The notes: generated by a model from the sequence alone, not told the origin. 64,000 nt of DNA from an uncultured Cellulophaga sp. (GCA_963974535.1 CAXBCN010000006.1:21007-85006), one strand, 5' to 3'; numbered from the stretch's first letter, positions 10,898 through 22,089 are shown. Numbers and translations: made by a program.

Positions 10898-12185
10898 TGT
10901 AATTTTTTAAAATATGTTCGTATATCTTTTTCCATGAAACGGTGTTCGGCTCTCCAAACAATTCGTTCGAAAAAACAGTGGTAAAATTACCCTTAACTTG
11001 ATGAACTTGCCCGTAGAGTGATGCTAGTTTCGAATGTATTTCCTCACTATCCTTCATTTTCAAAAATGAATAATCATGAGCCGCAAAAGGATGGATTTTA
11101 ATAGGCTGTTGCACTTCTAAATTAATGTCATAAAAATAGAAAGGATGCGCTGTACTGGCACGAAAACCTAATTCGTGCGTATACCCCATGGTATAATCAT
11201 CCGTAAATTCTGCATCTACCAAATCTCTATAAGTCAAGGGGATATCAACTCTATTGTATCTCAACCGAGATGAATTTACCGGCCTATTGATTACATTAGA
11301 AAGTGCTTTTTTTTCTTTTTTTAGCAAACTTACATTCCCAAATGAACTGTACGAAGCGCTTAATGACACCTTGCTGTAGTCAGATATAGATTTGATAAGG
11401 TATATAAATTTATGGTTATGGGTAGATACGTTTTTATCGAAGGTTGAATAAGCGGCAAATTGAAAAAAGTACAAGCAGGTGATATCGTATTTTTTATGAG
11501 AAGCAATAAACCAATCGTAGTTGTTATACGGATCTTTATGAGGGTGAAACCAAACATTTATTCTTTCTGCGACCCGTTTAAATTTTAAAGCTGTAAAATC
11601 TAAAAATAAACCTGCAATACCACGAGCCAAACCTCTATGAGCATAACAATGTGAAGCGGTGACATCCAAAATTGAGGTGTAAGTATACTTTTTTTGATTG
11701 GACTGTAGATCGGGAAAACGCTCTTTTAATTTTTTAAGTACTTTTAAAGCCCATATATCAACTACCGGCAATTCTAAGAATTTATTTTTATAGGCTATGC
11801 TTTCGGTAGGCGGGAATCTTCCATGGCTATCTTTTACATGTGGTAAATATTCTTCGTACCTACTTAACAAATAAAAACTTGCTGAAAAAATATCAAAAGG
11901 AATACTACTGCGTTCTCCCGCATTAAAAAAACAGGGAACTCCTTCCCAATTGCCTACTTTAATCTGCAAATCATTGATCCCTTGTTCAAACAACAAATCG
12001 TTACTTCTGATAAAAAATTCGTTTTGTAACGGAAGCTTCGTGTAGGTGATTTTAGCACCAGAATGCTTTATAAAGTCTTCTACTTTTGCTGTAAATAAAA
12101 TTTCAATACCCAAAATACGCTGAAAAATTTGTTTCATTACGAAACTAAATCTAGGCGTTATTTTATGCGTATAAATTAAAAGCAT
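10890..12185 (-). CDS. Polysaccharide deacetylase-like conserved Bacteroidota protein
   Basis: FDIFSASFYLLSRYEEY, PVVD, GFRASTAHPF motifs typical of this family. Confidence 0.6.
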   Translation of the reverse strand: MLLIYTHKITPRFSFVMKQIFQRILGIEILFTAKVEDFIKHSGAKITYTKLPLQNEFFIRSNDLLFEQGINDLQIKVGNWEGVPCFFNAGERSSIPFDIFSASFYLLSRYEEYLPHVKDSHGRFPPTESIAYKNKFLELPVVDIWALKVLKKLKERFPDLQSNQKKYTYTSILDVTASHCYAHRGLARGIAGLFLDFTALKFKRVAERINVWFHPHKDPYNNYDWFIASHKKYDITCLYFFQFAAYSTFDKNVSTHNHKFIYLIKSISDYSKVSLSASYSSFGNVSLLKKEKKALSNVINRPVNSSRLRYNRVDIPLTYRDLVDAEFTDDYTMGYTHELGFRASTAHPFYFYDINLEVQQPIKIHPFAAHDYSFLKMKDSEEIHSKLASLYGQVHQVKGNFTTVFSNELFGEPNTVSWKKIYEHILKNYNV

Positions 12186-12226
12186 ATTTTTAATATTCTA
12201 AGTTGAACATGGCGGAGTTAGGTTGC

Positions 12227-12925
12227 CTAAAGTATATTGTCATCTGCAAAACTAAAATATTCAGTTTGTGTAATAATTAAGTGGTCTAAAACTTTAATAT
12301 CTAATCCGGTGGCGGCATTTTTAATTTTTTCAGTAATCTGTTTGTCTGCCTCACTTGGTTTCAGTGTTCCTGAAGGATGATTATGTGCCAGAATCATCGC
12401 TACAGCACCTAGTTCTAAAGCTTCTTTCATAATTAACCTAACGTCTACCAAAGTACCTGTAATAGACCCTTTGCTTTGCTGAATGCTTTGCAATACCTTA
12501 TTAGAATTATTCAAATAAACAATCCAGAACTCTTCATGCGGTAAATCCCCCAAAAAAGGGTGTAAAAGTTCAAAAACACTTTTACTACTCGTAATTTTTG
12601 TAATTTTTTTGACATTTTCTCCTCTTCGCCGCCTGCCAATTTCTAAAGCTGCTGCAATAGACACTGCTTTTGCTTCTCCAATACCGTTAAACTGCATTAG
12701 TTTTTGAACGGATAAAGTACCTAATTTGTTGATGTTATGATCAACAGATGCCAATATTCTTTTGGATAGTTCCACAGCACTTTCATTTCTGTTACCCGAA
12801 CCAATTAAAATGGCAATTAACTCTGCATCAGACAACACTGATCTACCTTTGAGCATTAGCTTTTCTCTAGGCTTATCATCGTCTGACCAATTTTTAATGG
12901 AAAACGAATTTTGGTTTTCTTGCAT
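12227..12925 (-). CDS. radC: RadC (JAB domain) protein
   Basis: KPREKL, LSDAELIAILIGSG, AHNHPSG, VLDHLII. Confidence 0.95.
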   Translation of the reverse strand: MQENQNSFSIKNWSDDDKPREKLMLKGRSVLSDAELIAILIGSGNRNESAVELSKRILASVDHNINKLGTLSVQKLMQFNGIGEAKAVSIAAALEIGRRRRGENVKKITKITSSKSVFELLHPFLGDLPHEEFWIVYLNNSNKVLQSIQQSKGSITGTLVDVRLIMKEALELGAVAMILAHNHPSGTLKPSEADKQITEKIKNAATGLDIKVLDHLIITQTEYFSFADDNIL

Positions 12926-12977
12926 TGGTTAAAGATAGAAAACAATTTTTTTATCAGGATCATTTATTCGGAAATGA

Positions 12978-14339
12978 TCAGCTACCCTCTATTCGTTCTT
13001 TTAATGCCTTTAAGTCTAAGCCTCCATAATTGCCAGAACTCATTAACAAAAGTACGGTATGGTCTAAGCTTTGGCTGTTTACAAACTTTTGCAATTCGTC
13101 TGAAGTAGTAAAAATATTTAAATCTTCACGCTGAAAAGCTGTTCTAATTTGTGCCTCGGAAACGGGTGCTAATTTTTTTATGGCGACAGATTCGGGCAAA
13201 TAGAAAACAATGGGCATATCGGCAGCATTTAAAGCACCGGTATATAGTTTTAGAAATTCAGGATTAAAGCTGCTGTAGGTGTGCAATTCTAGTAAGGCCA
13301 TTAGTTTGCGGTCAGGATATTGTTCTTTTACTGCTTTTGTAGTAGCCGCCACTTTACTAGGCGAGTGTGCAAAATCTTTAAAGACAACACTAGTGGCACT
13401 TTCGGCAATTTTCTCTAAGCGTTTTGACGCTCCTTTAAAGGTGGCAATCGCTTCATAAAAATCATCCTCATCGACCCCCATGTTTTGGCAAATCCATTTT
13501 GCACCCGAAAGATTACTTAAATTATGAGCTCCAAAAACTTCAATAGGCATTAAACCTTCTGGAGTTTCTAATAAGGTTTCTCCGTTTTCAACACTGTACT
13601 GAGGAACTGTATAGGCTAATTTTCTAATGGCATTTTCTGAAGCCTCTACCACCTTACATACATTTTCATCATCTTGGTTATAGGTAATGCTGCCGCCTTT
13701 AACAATACTATCCACAAAAATTTGAAACTGTTCAACGTAATTTTCAAAGCTTGGAAATACGTTGATATGATCCCAAGCAATGCCACTTAATAAGGCAATA
13801 TTAGGTTTGTAAAGGTGAAATTTTGGTCTTCTATCTATAGGAGAGGACAAATATTCATCCCCTTCTAAGACTATAAAATCGTTCTCTTCAGTTACATGTA
13901 CCATACGTTCAAAGCCCTCTAATTTTGCCCCCACCATATAGTCAACCTCACGACCATGATATTTCAAAACATGTAAAATCATCGAGGTAATTGTGGTTTT
14001 CCCATGGCTCCCTCCAATCACTACCCTTGTTTTATTTTTCGATTGCTCGTAAAGAAACTCTGGATAGGAATAGATTGGCAATCCTAATTCTTGCGATTTT
14101 AGTAATTCTGGATTATCTCCTTTAGCGTGCATTCCTAAAATAACAATGTCTACAGCATTGGTGATTTTTTCAGGAAACCACCCGAATTCCTCCGGTAATA
14201 ATTTTTTTTCTGCTAAGCGAGTTTTGGAAGGCTCAAAAATAACATCATCGCTCCCTGTGATGGTATCCCCTTTATGGTTTAATGCTAAGGCAAGATTGTG
14301 CATAGCACTTCCACCAATGGCAATAAAATGTATGTTCAT
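12978..14339 (-). CDS. Mur ligase family protein (MurC/Mpl-like)
   Basis: HFIAIGGSAM, GGSHGKTT, EGDEY, DFAHSP; start moved to ATG 14339. Confidence 0.88.
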   Translation of the reverse strand: MNIHFIAIGGSAMHNLALALNHKGDTITGSDDVIFEPSKTRLAEKKLLPEEFGWFPEKITNAVDIVILGMHAKGDNPELLKSQELGLPIYSYPEFLYEQSKNKTRVVIGGSHGKTTITSMILHVLKYHGREVDYMVGAKLEGFERMVHVTEENDFIVLEGDEYLSSPIDRRPKFHLYKPNIALLSGIAWDHINVFPSFENYVEQFQIFVDSIVKGGSITYNQDDENVCKVVEASENAIRKLAYTVPQYSVENGETLLETPEGLMPIEVFGAHNLSNLSGAKWICQNMGVDEDDFYEAIATFKGASKRLEKIAESATSVVFKDFAHSPSKVAATTKAVKEQYPDRKLMALLELHTYSSFNPEFLKLYTGALNAADMPIVFYLPESVAIKKLAPVSEAQIRTAFQREDLNIFTTSDELQKFVNSQSLDHTVLLLMSSGNYGGLDLKALKERIEGS

Positions 14340-14422
14340 GTAACGTAAATTATACGGCAAAGATAACAATAGAAAAGTCGTATTCAAATTGAAACCTATT
14401 TCATTCTTTATTTTTACCTTAG

Positions 14423-14755
14423 ATGAAAATATTTAAAATGAATTTAAAGTTATCTGAAATAGTTGCAAAAGAAATTATGCCTGGGTACCACGGCAAACTC
14501 GTTCACACGAAAAATATGAGCCTAGCCTTTTGGGAGGTAGAAAAAGATGCCGTAGTACCAGAACATTCGCACATCAATGAACAAGTCATGCAGGTTTTAG
14601 AAGGAAAGTTCGAATTTACTTTAAATGGAGTAACTAAAGTTTATGAGCCTGGTGATTTAGTTGTTATTGGTTCTTTTGTGCCCCATAGCGGAAAGGCACT
14701 TACCCCTTGTAAATTAATGGATGTATTTAGCCCTACTAGGGAAGAATATAAATAA
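14423..14755 (+). CDS. Cupin domain protein
   Basis: PEHSHINEQVMQVLEG...VPHSG cupin motifs. Confidence 0.9.
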   Translation: MKIFKMNLKLSEIVAKEIMPGYHGKLVHTKNMSLAFWEVEKDAVVPEHSHINEQVMQVLEGKFEFTLNGVTKVYEPGDLVVIGSFVPHSGKALTPCKLMDVFSPTREEYK

Positions 14756-14787
14756 AAGCTCCCCTCTCTGAAGAGATAGGGGAGTTT
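14756..14787 (+). terminator. GC-rich hairpin after the cupin gene
   Basis: CTCCCCT (14759-14765) / AGGGGAG (14778-14784); short T tail. Confidence 0.5.
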
Positions 14788-14815
14788 AAAAAAAATATTA
14801 AATAATTTTTAAAAA

Positions 14816-15601
14816 ATGAACATTTCTTTAAAAGGTAAAAAAGCCTTAGTCGGTGGCAGTAGCGATGGCATCGGAAAAGCCATTGCTATTCAACTTGCCG
14901 CATGTGGCGCTAGTGTTACTTTGGTATCTAGGTCTGAAGATAAATTAAAAAAACTATTGGAAAGACTTCCTGCCAGTGACGAACAAGAGCACCAATACAT
15001 CCTTGTGGATTACACAAATTTTGACGATTATAAAATTAAAATTTCTAGTTTTTTCAAGACGAATTCTATTGATATTTTAGTGAATAATACCCAAGGACCT
15101 GCCGCTGGGAATACTTTAGAGAAACATACTGAGGACTACCAAGCGGCATTCGATTTATTGTTTAAAAATACCGTTTTTACTACTGAATTGGCACTTGAAA
15201 CCATGATCAAAAAAAAATGGGGGCGTATCATTAATGTAGCTTCTGTTTCTGTGAAAGAACCTTTATCCTATCTAGCGCTATCTAATACAATAAGAGCCGC
15301 TGTAGTTACTTGGGGAAAATCTTTGGCTGGTGATGTTGGCCCCCATCAGATTACCGTAAATAGTGTTTTAACCGGCTTTTTTGACACGAACAGAATTGCA
15401 CAATTGAATGCAAACAAAGCAAAGCAACTTGCGATTCCAGAAGCAGAAGTACGGCATGAAATGGAAGAAAAAGTAGCCTTAAAACGTATCGGAAAACCAG
15501 AAGAATATGGGTATTTAGTGGCTTTTTTAGCTTCGGATAATGCCGCTTATATTACAGGAACTTCTATTCCGATTGATGGTGGACTTTTAAAAACTTTATA
15601 A
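14816..15601 (+). CDS. Short-chain dehydrogenase/reductase
   Basis: GGSSDGIG, DILVNN, YLALSNTIR, ITGTSIPIDGG. Confidence 0.92.
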   Translation: MNISLKGKKALVGGSSDGIGKAIAIQLAACGASVTLVSRSEDKLKKLLERLPASDEQEHQYILVDYTNFDDYKIKISSFFKTNSIDILVNNTQGPAAGNTLEKHTEDYQAAFDLLFKNTVFTTELALETMIKKKWGRIINVASVSVKEPLSYLALSNTIRAAVVTWGKSLAGDVGPHQITVNSVLTGFFDTNRIAQLNANKAKQLAIPEAEVRHEMEEKVALKRIGKPEEYGYLVAFLASDNAAYITGTSIPIDGGLLKTL

Positions 15602-15606
15602 AAATT

Positions 15607-15695
15607 GTGTTCAGTGATAAGTAATAAGTAATAAGTAATAAGTAATAAGTAAAATAAAAAAACTACTGCAAACTGTTACTGAACACTGCTTACTT
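15607..15695. repeat. Heptamer tandem repeat (ATAAGTA x5) within an imperfect inverted repeat
   Basis: ATAAGTA at 15617, 15624, 15631, 15638, 15645; flanking GTGTTCAGT / ACTGAACAC inverted pair. Confidence 0.9.
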
Positions 15696-15805
15696 TTTAA
15701 GCATCTAAAATACCTTCCCTCACCGAAATCAGGGTTTTACGCATTATAACTTGTAGGTACATTTGTTATGATTCATATTTGCTTTAAAATTTAAATGAAT
15801 TCTTT

Positions 15806-18800
15806 ATGAAAAAAGCATCGCTTCTTATTGCCATACTTATATGTTCTCAGCTGGTGACTAGTCAAGAAAATTCAGATGCCTACGCTGCCTTATGGAAAAA
15901 AGTGGCACAATTTGACACTGAAAACCTGCCGAAATCAGCACTAAAAGTAGTTGGTGTGATTTCAGAAAAGGCTAGAAAAGAAAAAAATACGCCACAGCTC
16001 GTAAAGTCACTTATTTATTCATCAAAATACGCCTTGACACTTGAAGAGGAGGCACAACTAAGCATCATAAACGATTTTAAATTAGAAATTGAGAAAGCAG
16101 AATTACCGACAAAAAATATATTAGAAAGCTATTTAGCCAATTTATATTGGCAGTACTTTCAACAAAATAGATATCAATTTTATAATCGTACAGAAACTGC
16201 TGAGAAAGTAGATACTACTGATTTTAGAACTTGGGATTTAACCACACTTTTTAATGAAATAAGGATACATTTTGATGCTTCTCTACAACAAAGTGCTGCC
16301 TTACAAAAAATAAAAGTATCTGAATTTGATGTGATATTGCACCAACAAAAAGGGTCCGAAACCTTTCGGCCTACGTTGTACGATGTATTGGCGCACGCAG
16401 CCTTGAGTTTTTATAAAACAAGCGAAAATAACATCACAAGACCCGCAGCTAAATTTGAAATAGATAGCATTGATCTATTATGTGAAGGGTATCAATTTAT
16501 CCAAAAGCAAATTAAAACAACAGACGAAACTTCCTTACAGGCGAAAGCATTATTGATTTATCAAGAGTTATTAAAATTTCATACAAAAAATACTTCTTTA
16601 GATGCCTATACGGCCATAGATCTTGAACGTTTACAATTTATGAAAGAAAATACCACTTTTGAAGACAAAGAACTGCAGTATATATCTGTTTTAAAAAATT
16701 CGGCGGAGCAGGTCAAAACAAATGCCCATTGGGGCCTTTACCAACATGAAATTGCGTCACAATACCAACAATGGGGTATGCAATATCAGCCAATGCATAA
16801 AGAAGAATCCCGTTGGAAACTTAAAGAAGCCTTGGAATTATCCGAAACTATTATTGCAAAATTCCCTGAAAGCCTTGGCGCGGAAAAAAGCAAAAGCTTA
16901 AGAGCTTCTATTTTAAGTAAAGCGCTAAGAATTACCAATGAAACCCATATTCCTATCCATAAAGTTTCAAAGCTGCTCGTTCAACATAAAAACATAGACC
17001 TTGTAACCCTTACGGCATACAAAAGTAGTCTTGAACAACTAGAAAAATTAGATGACCTTTATGATAAGGATGAAAAAAAAGCATTTATAAAATCGCTAAA
17101 ACCCTATAAAAATTGGAGTTCCACTTTAAAAAATGAGGGCGATTATCAAAACCATAGTAGCGAAGTTATAGTCCCTGAATTAGAAAACGGCTATTATATT
17201 TTGGTCGCTACCAGCCATGATGATGCTACAGATTCTTTTGCCTACAGCGGTTTACAAGTCACAAATATGGCGCTTGTTGAATCACAAAACGACAGGGTTC
17301 ACACGTTTCAAGTTATTGATAGAACTAATGGAAAACCTATAGCCAACGCGTCGATACAATTAAACTACAGGCTTAATTACGATAAAAAATTCTTGTCTAA
17401 AACTTTCACTGCCGACGCTAAGGGCCAAATACACATCTCAAAATCTTTAGACAATTGGACCGAGATAAAAGCGAAAGTTAGCTATGTAAAAGAAACTACT
17501 CTTTTCGGCACCTATTATATTAATAGAGATTATTCCGGTAATCCCTCAGAAGAGATCAGCTATGCTTGTTTTTTATTTACCGATCGCAGTATCTACAGGC
17601 CTGGTCAAGCGCTTTATTTTAAGGGCATTGCCGTAACTAGAACTGCAGACACCCAAACTATTTCACCAAATACAACAGTGATTGTATCGCTCTTTGATAC
17701 AAATAGTCAAGAAGTTGCACAACAAACATTAAAAACCAACGCCTTTGGTTCTTTTGCTAGTGAATTTATGCTTCCAAATACCGGCCTTACGGGTAATTAT
17801 AGCTTGCGCGTCAACTCCACTGAAGTGAACATCAGCGGATACAGTAGTTTTTCTGTAGAAGAATACAAAAGGCCAAAATTCGAAGCTAGGTTGCTACCGA
17901 TAACAGAAACCTACAAGGTAAATGATGTAATCACTGTAAAAGGTAAAGCGCTGGCCTTTGCTGGCAGCACTATTAGCGATGCTAAAGTAAGCTATCGCGT
18001 AAAACGGGTAGTGAATTATCCTAGGTGGTATTATTGGTATCGCCCTTATTTTAATTCAGCGCCACAAGAAATTACTTTTGGAGCAACAACAACAGATGGT
18101 TCTGGGGAATTTAAAATAGATTTTAAAGCACTAGCTGACACCAGCACCTCAGCGCGTAATTTACCTACGTTTAGCTATGATGTTACAGCCGATATCACCG
18201 ATGTGAATGGAGAAACCCATAGTGCTTCTACTCGAGTAAATGTAGGATATCATGCCTTAACTGCCAGCATTCAAGTGGCAAGCAGCATCGATAAAAATAA
18301 TCCTGAGCAACAAAAGTTGCACATTGGCAGCTATAACTTAAACGGACAATTTGTGGGTACCAAAGGCACGCTTAAAGTTTATAAATTAAAAGCTCCAGAT
18401 GATGTTCTTAGGCCTAGACCTTGGGCTGCGCCCGATTATGATAATTTTGGCCAAAAAAAGTTTAAGACCTTATTTCCACATGATGCTTATAAAAATGAAC
18501 AAGATAGTCATCAATGGGAAAAGGAAAAATTAGTATGGGAAACAACTTTTGATACCGAAAAATCACAAGAAGTAAATCTACCTCAGCTTAACAAATGGCG
18601 GTCTGGCAAATATAGTATCGAACTTGAAACCAAAGATACATTTGGTCAAATTGTCGAAGAAAAGGTACAAACTAAGTTGTTTAGTGACACTGATGAATAT
18701 CCTGCGGATAATGAATTATTTACCATCACTACCGATAAAACAAGTTATGCCATTGGTGATAAGGTTAAATTAAAATTAAGCACTGCTGCGAAAGACCTTG

Positions 18801-21800
18801 TGGTAACTGTTTCTATTGAAAAAGATAGGAAAATCATCGAGACTAAAATTGTGAAACTATCGCGTAATTCGGAAACACTGACAATGCCTGTACATAAGGA
18901 CGATTTAGGCGGGTTTGCGGTAAACTATAGTTTCTCCGCTTTTAATTATTTTCAATCTAATTCTATAGTGGTTCCTGTACCCTATGCCCCGACAGCCTTA
19001 GAAATTGAAACCCTAACTTTTCGTGATAAGTTACAACCAGGCACCGATGAAACCTGGTCGTTTAAAATAAAAGGTACACAAGGAGATCAGGTTGCGGCTG
19101 AACTTTTAGCGAGTATGTATGACGCTTCTTTAGACGCTTTTAAACCACATAATTATAGTTTTCATCCCTTATACCAGCCCTATTATTATTCAAACCGCCG
19201 GAGTAATGCTAACCACAGTTACGGTATCGATACCTTTAATACGTACTGGAATTTCGGCAATGGCTATGATTACAAACCACAATACTATGATGCTTTTGAT
19301 TGGTTTGGATTGCAGTTTGGGAATTCTTACTATGCCTATGGCCGCACACGCAGTACGGCAAAAAATATGGTTTATGAAATGTCCTCAATGGTTGTAGAAG
19401 ATAACGTTGATATGGAAATAACTGACGTCGATTTCTCTGGTGCTCCAGCTCCTGAAAATAGACAAGAAATTATTCCTTTAGAAAATGACTCCATCAAAAT
19501 CACGTCTAAAACCGATTTCGACGATATCAAAATCCGAAAAAACCTGCAAGAAACCGCTTTTTTCTTTCCGCAATTACAAACTGACACAGCTGGAAATGTC
19601 TCGTTTAATTTCACCACACCAGAGGCCTTGACCAAATGGAAGTTGCAGTTGGTAGCACATACCAAAGACCTGGAAAGTGCTACCCGAACCTTGCAAACGG
19701 TGACCCAGAAAGAGTTGATGGTAATACCAAATGCACCTCGTTTTCTAAGAGAAGGCGACCAGATCGTTATTCGTTCTAAAATTGCTAACCTCACCGACAA
19801 AATTTTAAATGGAGCTGCCAAATTAGTACTGACAGACGCCCTTACCAATAAAGAAATTAACGGCTTAATTTCAGGAAGTGAGCAAAAAGAATTTACCGTG
19901 GATGCTACTGGCAATACGCAAGTTTCTTGGACCCTTAGTATTCCGGAAGGTTTGCAGGCGGTACAGTATAAAATAGTAGCCAGAGCAGGCGATTTTAGTG
20001 ATGGAGAACAAAATGTTTTGCCTGTTTTAACCAACAGAATGTTGGTGACAGCGTCTTTACCTATGTGGGTGCGTAGCAATCAAACCAAAACCTTTAGCTT
20101 AGATAAGTTGAGAAATATGTCGACTGAGCCCAATAACCAGACTTCGCTCAGCCTCCATAAGTTGACCTTAGAAATAACCTCCAATCCGGCATGGTATGCG
20201 GTACAAGCACTACCCTACTTAATGGAATACCCGTACGAATGCAATGAGCAAACCTTTGCCCGGTATTATGCCAATAGTTTGGCTAGCTATGTTGCGAATA
20301 GCAATCCTAGAATCCAAGAAGTCTTTAATCAATGGGCTACTACCGACGCTATGCTAAGCAATCTTGAAAAGAACGAAGAATTAAAATCGATTTTAATTCA
20401 AGAAACACCTTGGTTGCGTGATGCACAATCAGAAACGGAACAGAAAAAACGTATAGCACTGCTTTTTAACATGAATAAAATGAAAGCAGAACAAGCAACG
20501 GCCATAAAAAAATTAGAGCAAAATCAACTCTCCTCCGGGGCTTGGGCTTGGTTTGCTGGCGGTAAAGAAAATCGGTATATCACACAACATATTGTTACTG
20601 GTTTGGGGCATTTAGATAAATTGACTTCTAAGCTACTCGATCCAAGCTCGGTGGCTGAAAAAGCTCAAAGTCAAATGATTGAAAACGCTATTTCGTATTT
20701 AGACGCTGAATTTATTGCTGAATATGAGTATATGAAAAAGCGTACGACCAACCTGAATAACGATCATTTGAGTACCATGCAAGTCCATTATTTATATATG
20801 CGAAGCTTTTTTAAAGACCTTAAACCGTCTAAAAAAGTCGCTGAAATTACGGCTTATTATCAAGGACAGGCTCAGCAATACTGGAAAAATAGAGATTTAT
20901 ATACCCAAGGGATGCTTTCCTTGGTATTGCATCGCATGGATGACACCACAACTGCCAATGCTATTATCAAATCTTTAGATGAAAACAGTATTACCAGCGA
21001 AGCCTTAGGCATGTACTGGAAAGAAAATACCAACTCTTGGTATTGGTATCAAGCACCTATAGAAACGCAAAGTTTATTGATTGAAGCCTTTTCTGAAATT
21101 CAAAATGATCTGGCTACAATTGATAATTTAAAAATATGGTTGTTGAAAAATAAGCAAACTAACCAGTGGAAAACCACAAAAGCTACTACTGAAGCTGTCT
21201 ATGCGCTTCTATTACAAGGTAGCGATTGGTTGTCGGTTACTGATGCCGTTGAAGTTTTAATAGGTGGAGAAAAATTAAATGCCTCCAAACTAGAAAATGT
21301 AAAAATAGAAGCAGGCACTGGCTATTACAAAACCTCTTGGAATAAAGATGAAATAAAGCCTAAAATGGGCGAAATTGAAATGAGTAAAAAAGGAAATGGC
21401 ATTGCTTGGGGCGCTTTACACTGGCAATATTTTGAGGACTTAGATAAAATCACCTCGTCGGAAACACCCTTACAACTAAAAAAGAAGTTATTTCTTAAAA
21501 AAAATACCGCCACAGGAGAACAGCTCAGCGAAATAAGCTCTCAAACAAAACTCAATCTTGGCGATTTAGTTCGAATACGAATTGAATTGCGGGCTGATCG
21601 TGATATGGAGTTTATTCACATGAAAGATATGCGCGCTGCTGGTTTTGAGCCCATCAATGTATTGTCTCGCTACAAATGGCAAGATGGTTTAGGCTACTAT
21701 GAAAGCACAAAAGACGCCAGTACCAATTTCTTTTTTGATGATCTCCCCAAAGGCGTCTATGTTTTTGAATACGATGTACGGGTAAATAATGCAGGAGAAT

Positions 21801-21892
21801 TTAGCAACGGAATTACCACTATTCAAAGCATGTATGCTCCTGAGTTTAGCAGTCATAGTGAAGGGGTTCGGGTGAACATTTCTGCCGAATAA
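15806..21892 (+). CDS. Bacterial alpha-2-macroglobulin family protein
   Basis: 2028 aa; FTDRSIYRPG (MG2), FSVEEYKRP, thioester motif YPYECNEQ, A2M receptor-type C-terminus. Confidence 0.95.
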   Translation: MKKASLLIAILICSQLVTSQENSDAYAALWKKVAQFDTENLPKSALKVVGVISEKARKEKNTPQLVKSLIYSSKYALTLEEEAQLSIINDFKLEIEKAELPTKNILESYLANLYWQYFQQNRYQFYNRTETAEKVDTTDFRTWDLTTLFNEIRIHFDASLQQSAALQKIKVSEFDVILHQQKGSETFRPTLYDVLAHAALSFYKTSENNITRPAAKFEIDSIDLLCEGYQFIQKQIKTTDETSLQAKALLIYQELLKFHTKNTSLDAYTAIDLERLQFMKENTTFEDKELQYISVLKNSAEQVKTNAHWGLYQHEIASQYQQWGMQYQPMHKEESRWKLKEALELSETIIAKFPESLGAEKSKSLRASILSKALRITNETHIPIHKVSKLLVQHKNIDLVTLTAYKSSLEQLEKLDDLYDKDEKKAFIKSLKPYKNWSSTLKNEGDYQNHSSEVIVPELENGYYILVATSHDDATDSFAYSGLQVTNMALVESQNDRVHTFQVIDRTNGKPIANASIQLNYRLNYDKKFLSKTFTADAKGQIHISKSLDNWTEIKAKVSYVKETTLFGTYYINRDYSGNPSEEISYACFLFTDRSIYRPGQALYFKGIAVTRTADTQTISPNTTVIVSLFDTNSQEVAQQTLKTNAFGSFASEFMLPNTGLTGNYSLRVNSTEVNISGYSSFSVEEYKRPKFEARLLPITETYKVNDVITVKGKALAFAGSTISDAKVSYRVKRVVNYPRWYYWYRPYFNSAPQEITFGATTTDGSGEFKIDFKALADTSTSARNLPTFSYDVTADITDVNGETHSASTRVNVGYHALTASIQVASSIDKNNPEQQKLHIGSYNLNGQFVGTKGTLKVYKLKAPDDVLRPRPWAAPDYDNFGQKKFKTLFPHDAYKNEQDSHQWEKEKLVWETTFDTEKSQEVNLPQLNKWRSGKYSIELETKDTFGQIVEEKVQTKLFSDTDEYPADNELFTITTDKTSYAIGDKVKLKLSTAAKDLVVTVSIEKDRKIIETKIVKLSRNSETLTMPVHKDDLGGFAVNYSFSAFNYFQSNSIVVPVPYAPTALEIETLTFRDKLQPGTDETWSFKIKGTQGDQVAAELLASMYDASLDAFKPHNYSFHPLYQPYYYSNRRSNANHSYGIDTFNTYWNFGNGYDYKPQYYDAFDWFGLQFGNSYYAYGRTRSTAKNMVYEMSSMVVEDNVDMEITDVDFSGAPAPENRQEIIPLENDSIKITSKTDFDDIKIRKNLQETAFFFPQLQTDTAGNVSFNFTTPEALTKWKLQLVAHTKDLESATRTLQTVTQKELMVIPNAPRFLREGDQIVIRSKIANLTDKILNGAAKLVLTDALTNKEINGLISGSEQKEFTVDATGNTQVSWTLSIPEGLQAVQYKIVARAGDFSDGEQNVLPVLTNRMLVTASLPMWVRSNQTKTFSLDKLRNMSTEPNNQTSLSLHKLTLEITSNPAWYAVQALPYLMEYPYECNEQTFARYYANSLASYVANSNPRIQEVFNQWATTDAMLSNLEKNEELKSILIQETPWLRDAQSETEQKKRIALLFNMNKMKAEQATAIKKLEQNQLSSGAWAWFAGGKENRYITQHIVTGLGHLDKLTSKLLDPSSVAEKAQSQMIENAISYLDAEFIAEYEYMKKRTTNLNNDHLSTMQVHYLYMRSFFKDLKPSKKVAEITAYYQGQAQQYWKNRDLYTQGMLSLVLHRMDDTTTANAIIKSLDENSITSEALGMYWKENTNSWYWYQAPIETQSLLIEAFSEIQNDLATIDNLKIWLLKNKQTNQWKTTKATTEAVYALLLQGSDWLSVTDAVEVLIGGEKLNASKLENVKIEAGTGYYKTSWNKDEIKPKMGEIEMSKKGNGIAWGALHWQYFEDLDKITSSETPLQLKKKLFLKKNTATGEQLSEISSQTKLNLGDLVRIRIELRADRDMEFIHMKDMRAAGFEPINVLSRYKWQDGLGYYESTKDASTNFFFDDLPKGVYVFEYDVRVNNAGEFSNGITTIQSMYAPEFSSHSEGVRVNISAE

Positions 21893-22089
21893 TTTTAGTA
21901 ATACTACCTGATTGTGAGCTTGTTTTTTCGCACTAGAAATGCATCAATTGGCAACAACTTTCTAAGTCTTATCGATATTAAGATACTCGTTAAAGCCTAG
22001 CTGCTTGTGCTTAAATCATCCTCATGGTACTGGGCCATTGGGCAAAATGCAGTAAACCAATAGTCGGTTTTTATAGCTATTAAGGTAGC

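Noticed and set aside
15617-15651. Tandem repeats as a possible CRISPR array
   Set aside because: 7-bp units with no spacers and no cas genes.
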